From NCBI RefSeq assembly GCF_018977255.1, contig NW_024704743.1, positions 88,414,001 to 88,478,000 of the forward strand: 64,000 nt of DNA, written 5' to 3'. Positions 63,170 through 64,000 of the stretch are shown here, piece by piece. Every line of letters starts with the position of its first letter. Position 1 is the stretch's first letter. This stretch comes from Callorhinchus milii (taxonomy: Eukaryota). Under the pieces are notes generated by a model that did not search any database, was not told the origin of the DNA, and saw only the letters and a list, made by a program, of their open reading frames with translations. The position numbers and the translations under genes are program-made.

Positions 63170-64000
63170 ACAATAACAACATATTGCAATGATATAGCAC
63201 CTTTCACATTAGGGTGACAGCCCAAGATGCTGGACAGTGAAGGGTTCGCACCCGAGCTGATGGTTGGAATCAAGACCCCTTGATGGGGCCAAGGGAGATG
63301 GGGGTGGGAGGATGACTGAAGGCACAGAGGAAGGTCTTGAGAAGGGTTTTGAAGAAAGCAAGGGAGGATACAAGGCAAAAGGGTTCCAGAGTGGAGTTAC
63401 AGAGGGTGAGAGCAGAAAGGCTGAAAACCGTCGATCGTGGAGTGGGTAGGGCGGGGAAATGAAGCAGACCAGTGCCGTGAGAGGAGGGAGTTGGAAGGTT
63501 GGTAACGTTTTAGTAGGTCCCAGAGATAGAGAGGAGCAAGACCTCGGAGGGCTTTAAAAGTGAGGATGAGGACCCTCTGGGAAAGCGGAGTAGGGGGAAC
63601 CGAGCGAGGATGGGAGTGATTGGCTCATGGAGCTTGGTAGGGAAGAGGATACGAGCTGCAGAGTTCTGAATAATCTGCAGATTTCTGGAGGGAAGAGTTG
63701 GGAAGCCTGGTAAACTGGAAGTTAGCATTGCCAAGCCTGGCTGTGATGAAAGCATGGATAAGAGTCTCGGCAGCCTGAGAGAAGAGGTAGTGGCAGATGC
63801 AGACAATGTTTTGGAGGTGGAGGAAGGCAGAATGGGTCAAGATATGGATGTGGGGTTTAAAGGACAGTTGAGGGTCGAACAAGACACCAAGATTCCATAC
63901 TGGTGAGGTGGAGAATGCATCCATGAATAAGTGATGCTGTCAGCACCTGAGCTGTTGGGAGCCAAGCCAAGGAGGGTCTTCTTTTGGTCGACATTCAACT
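63170..64000 (-). mobile_element. L2 LINE 3' fragment, continues beyond window
   Basis: WNLGVLFD, HAFITARLG, IIQNSAARIL and L2 tail. Confidence 0.85.

Noticed and set aside
56387..64000. PIP4P2 exon 3 (expected to encode a PIKNPP..KKYVRCPCNCLL-like peptide)
   Set aside because: Not found by eye in the remaining sequence; it probably lies beyond the window.

Overview
Vertebrate genomic DNA. The repeat content (L2, CR1 and Tx1 LINEs; tRNA-Ala and Deu-type SINEs with L2 tails) points to a cartilaginous fish; this is inference. Three spliced genes lie in the order known from the vertebrate PIP4P2-OTUD6B-LRRC69 block. LRRC69 is on the minus strand (coding exons 1-6; the gene runs off the left end). 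OTUD6B is on the minus strand and complete (7 coding exons, 885 nt, 294 aa, intact Cys and His boxes). PIP4P2/TMEM55A is on the plus strand (exons 1-2; the rest lies beyond the window). All traced junctions are GT-AG and phase-consistent. Introns are packed with nested retroelements. The most notable observations are: (1) a 54-nt U2 snRNA 5' fragment next to an unexplained ~290-bp sequence whose second copy abuts a Tx1 LINE 3' end; (2) a cluster of RFX X-boxes just upstream of the LRRC69 ATG; (3) G/C-skewed tandem arrays next to the first exon of all three genes; (4) datable nested insertions with target-site duplications. No prokaryotic system or CRISPR array is supported.
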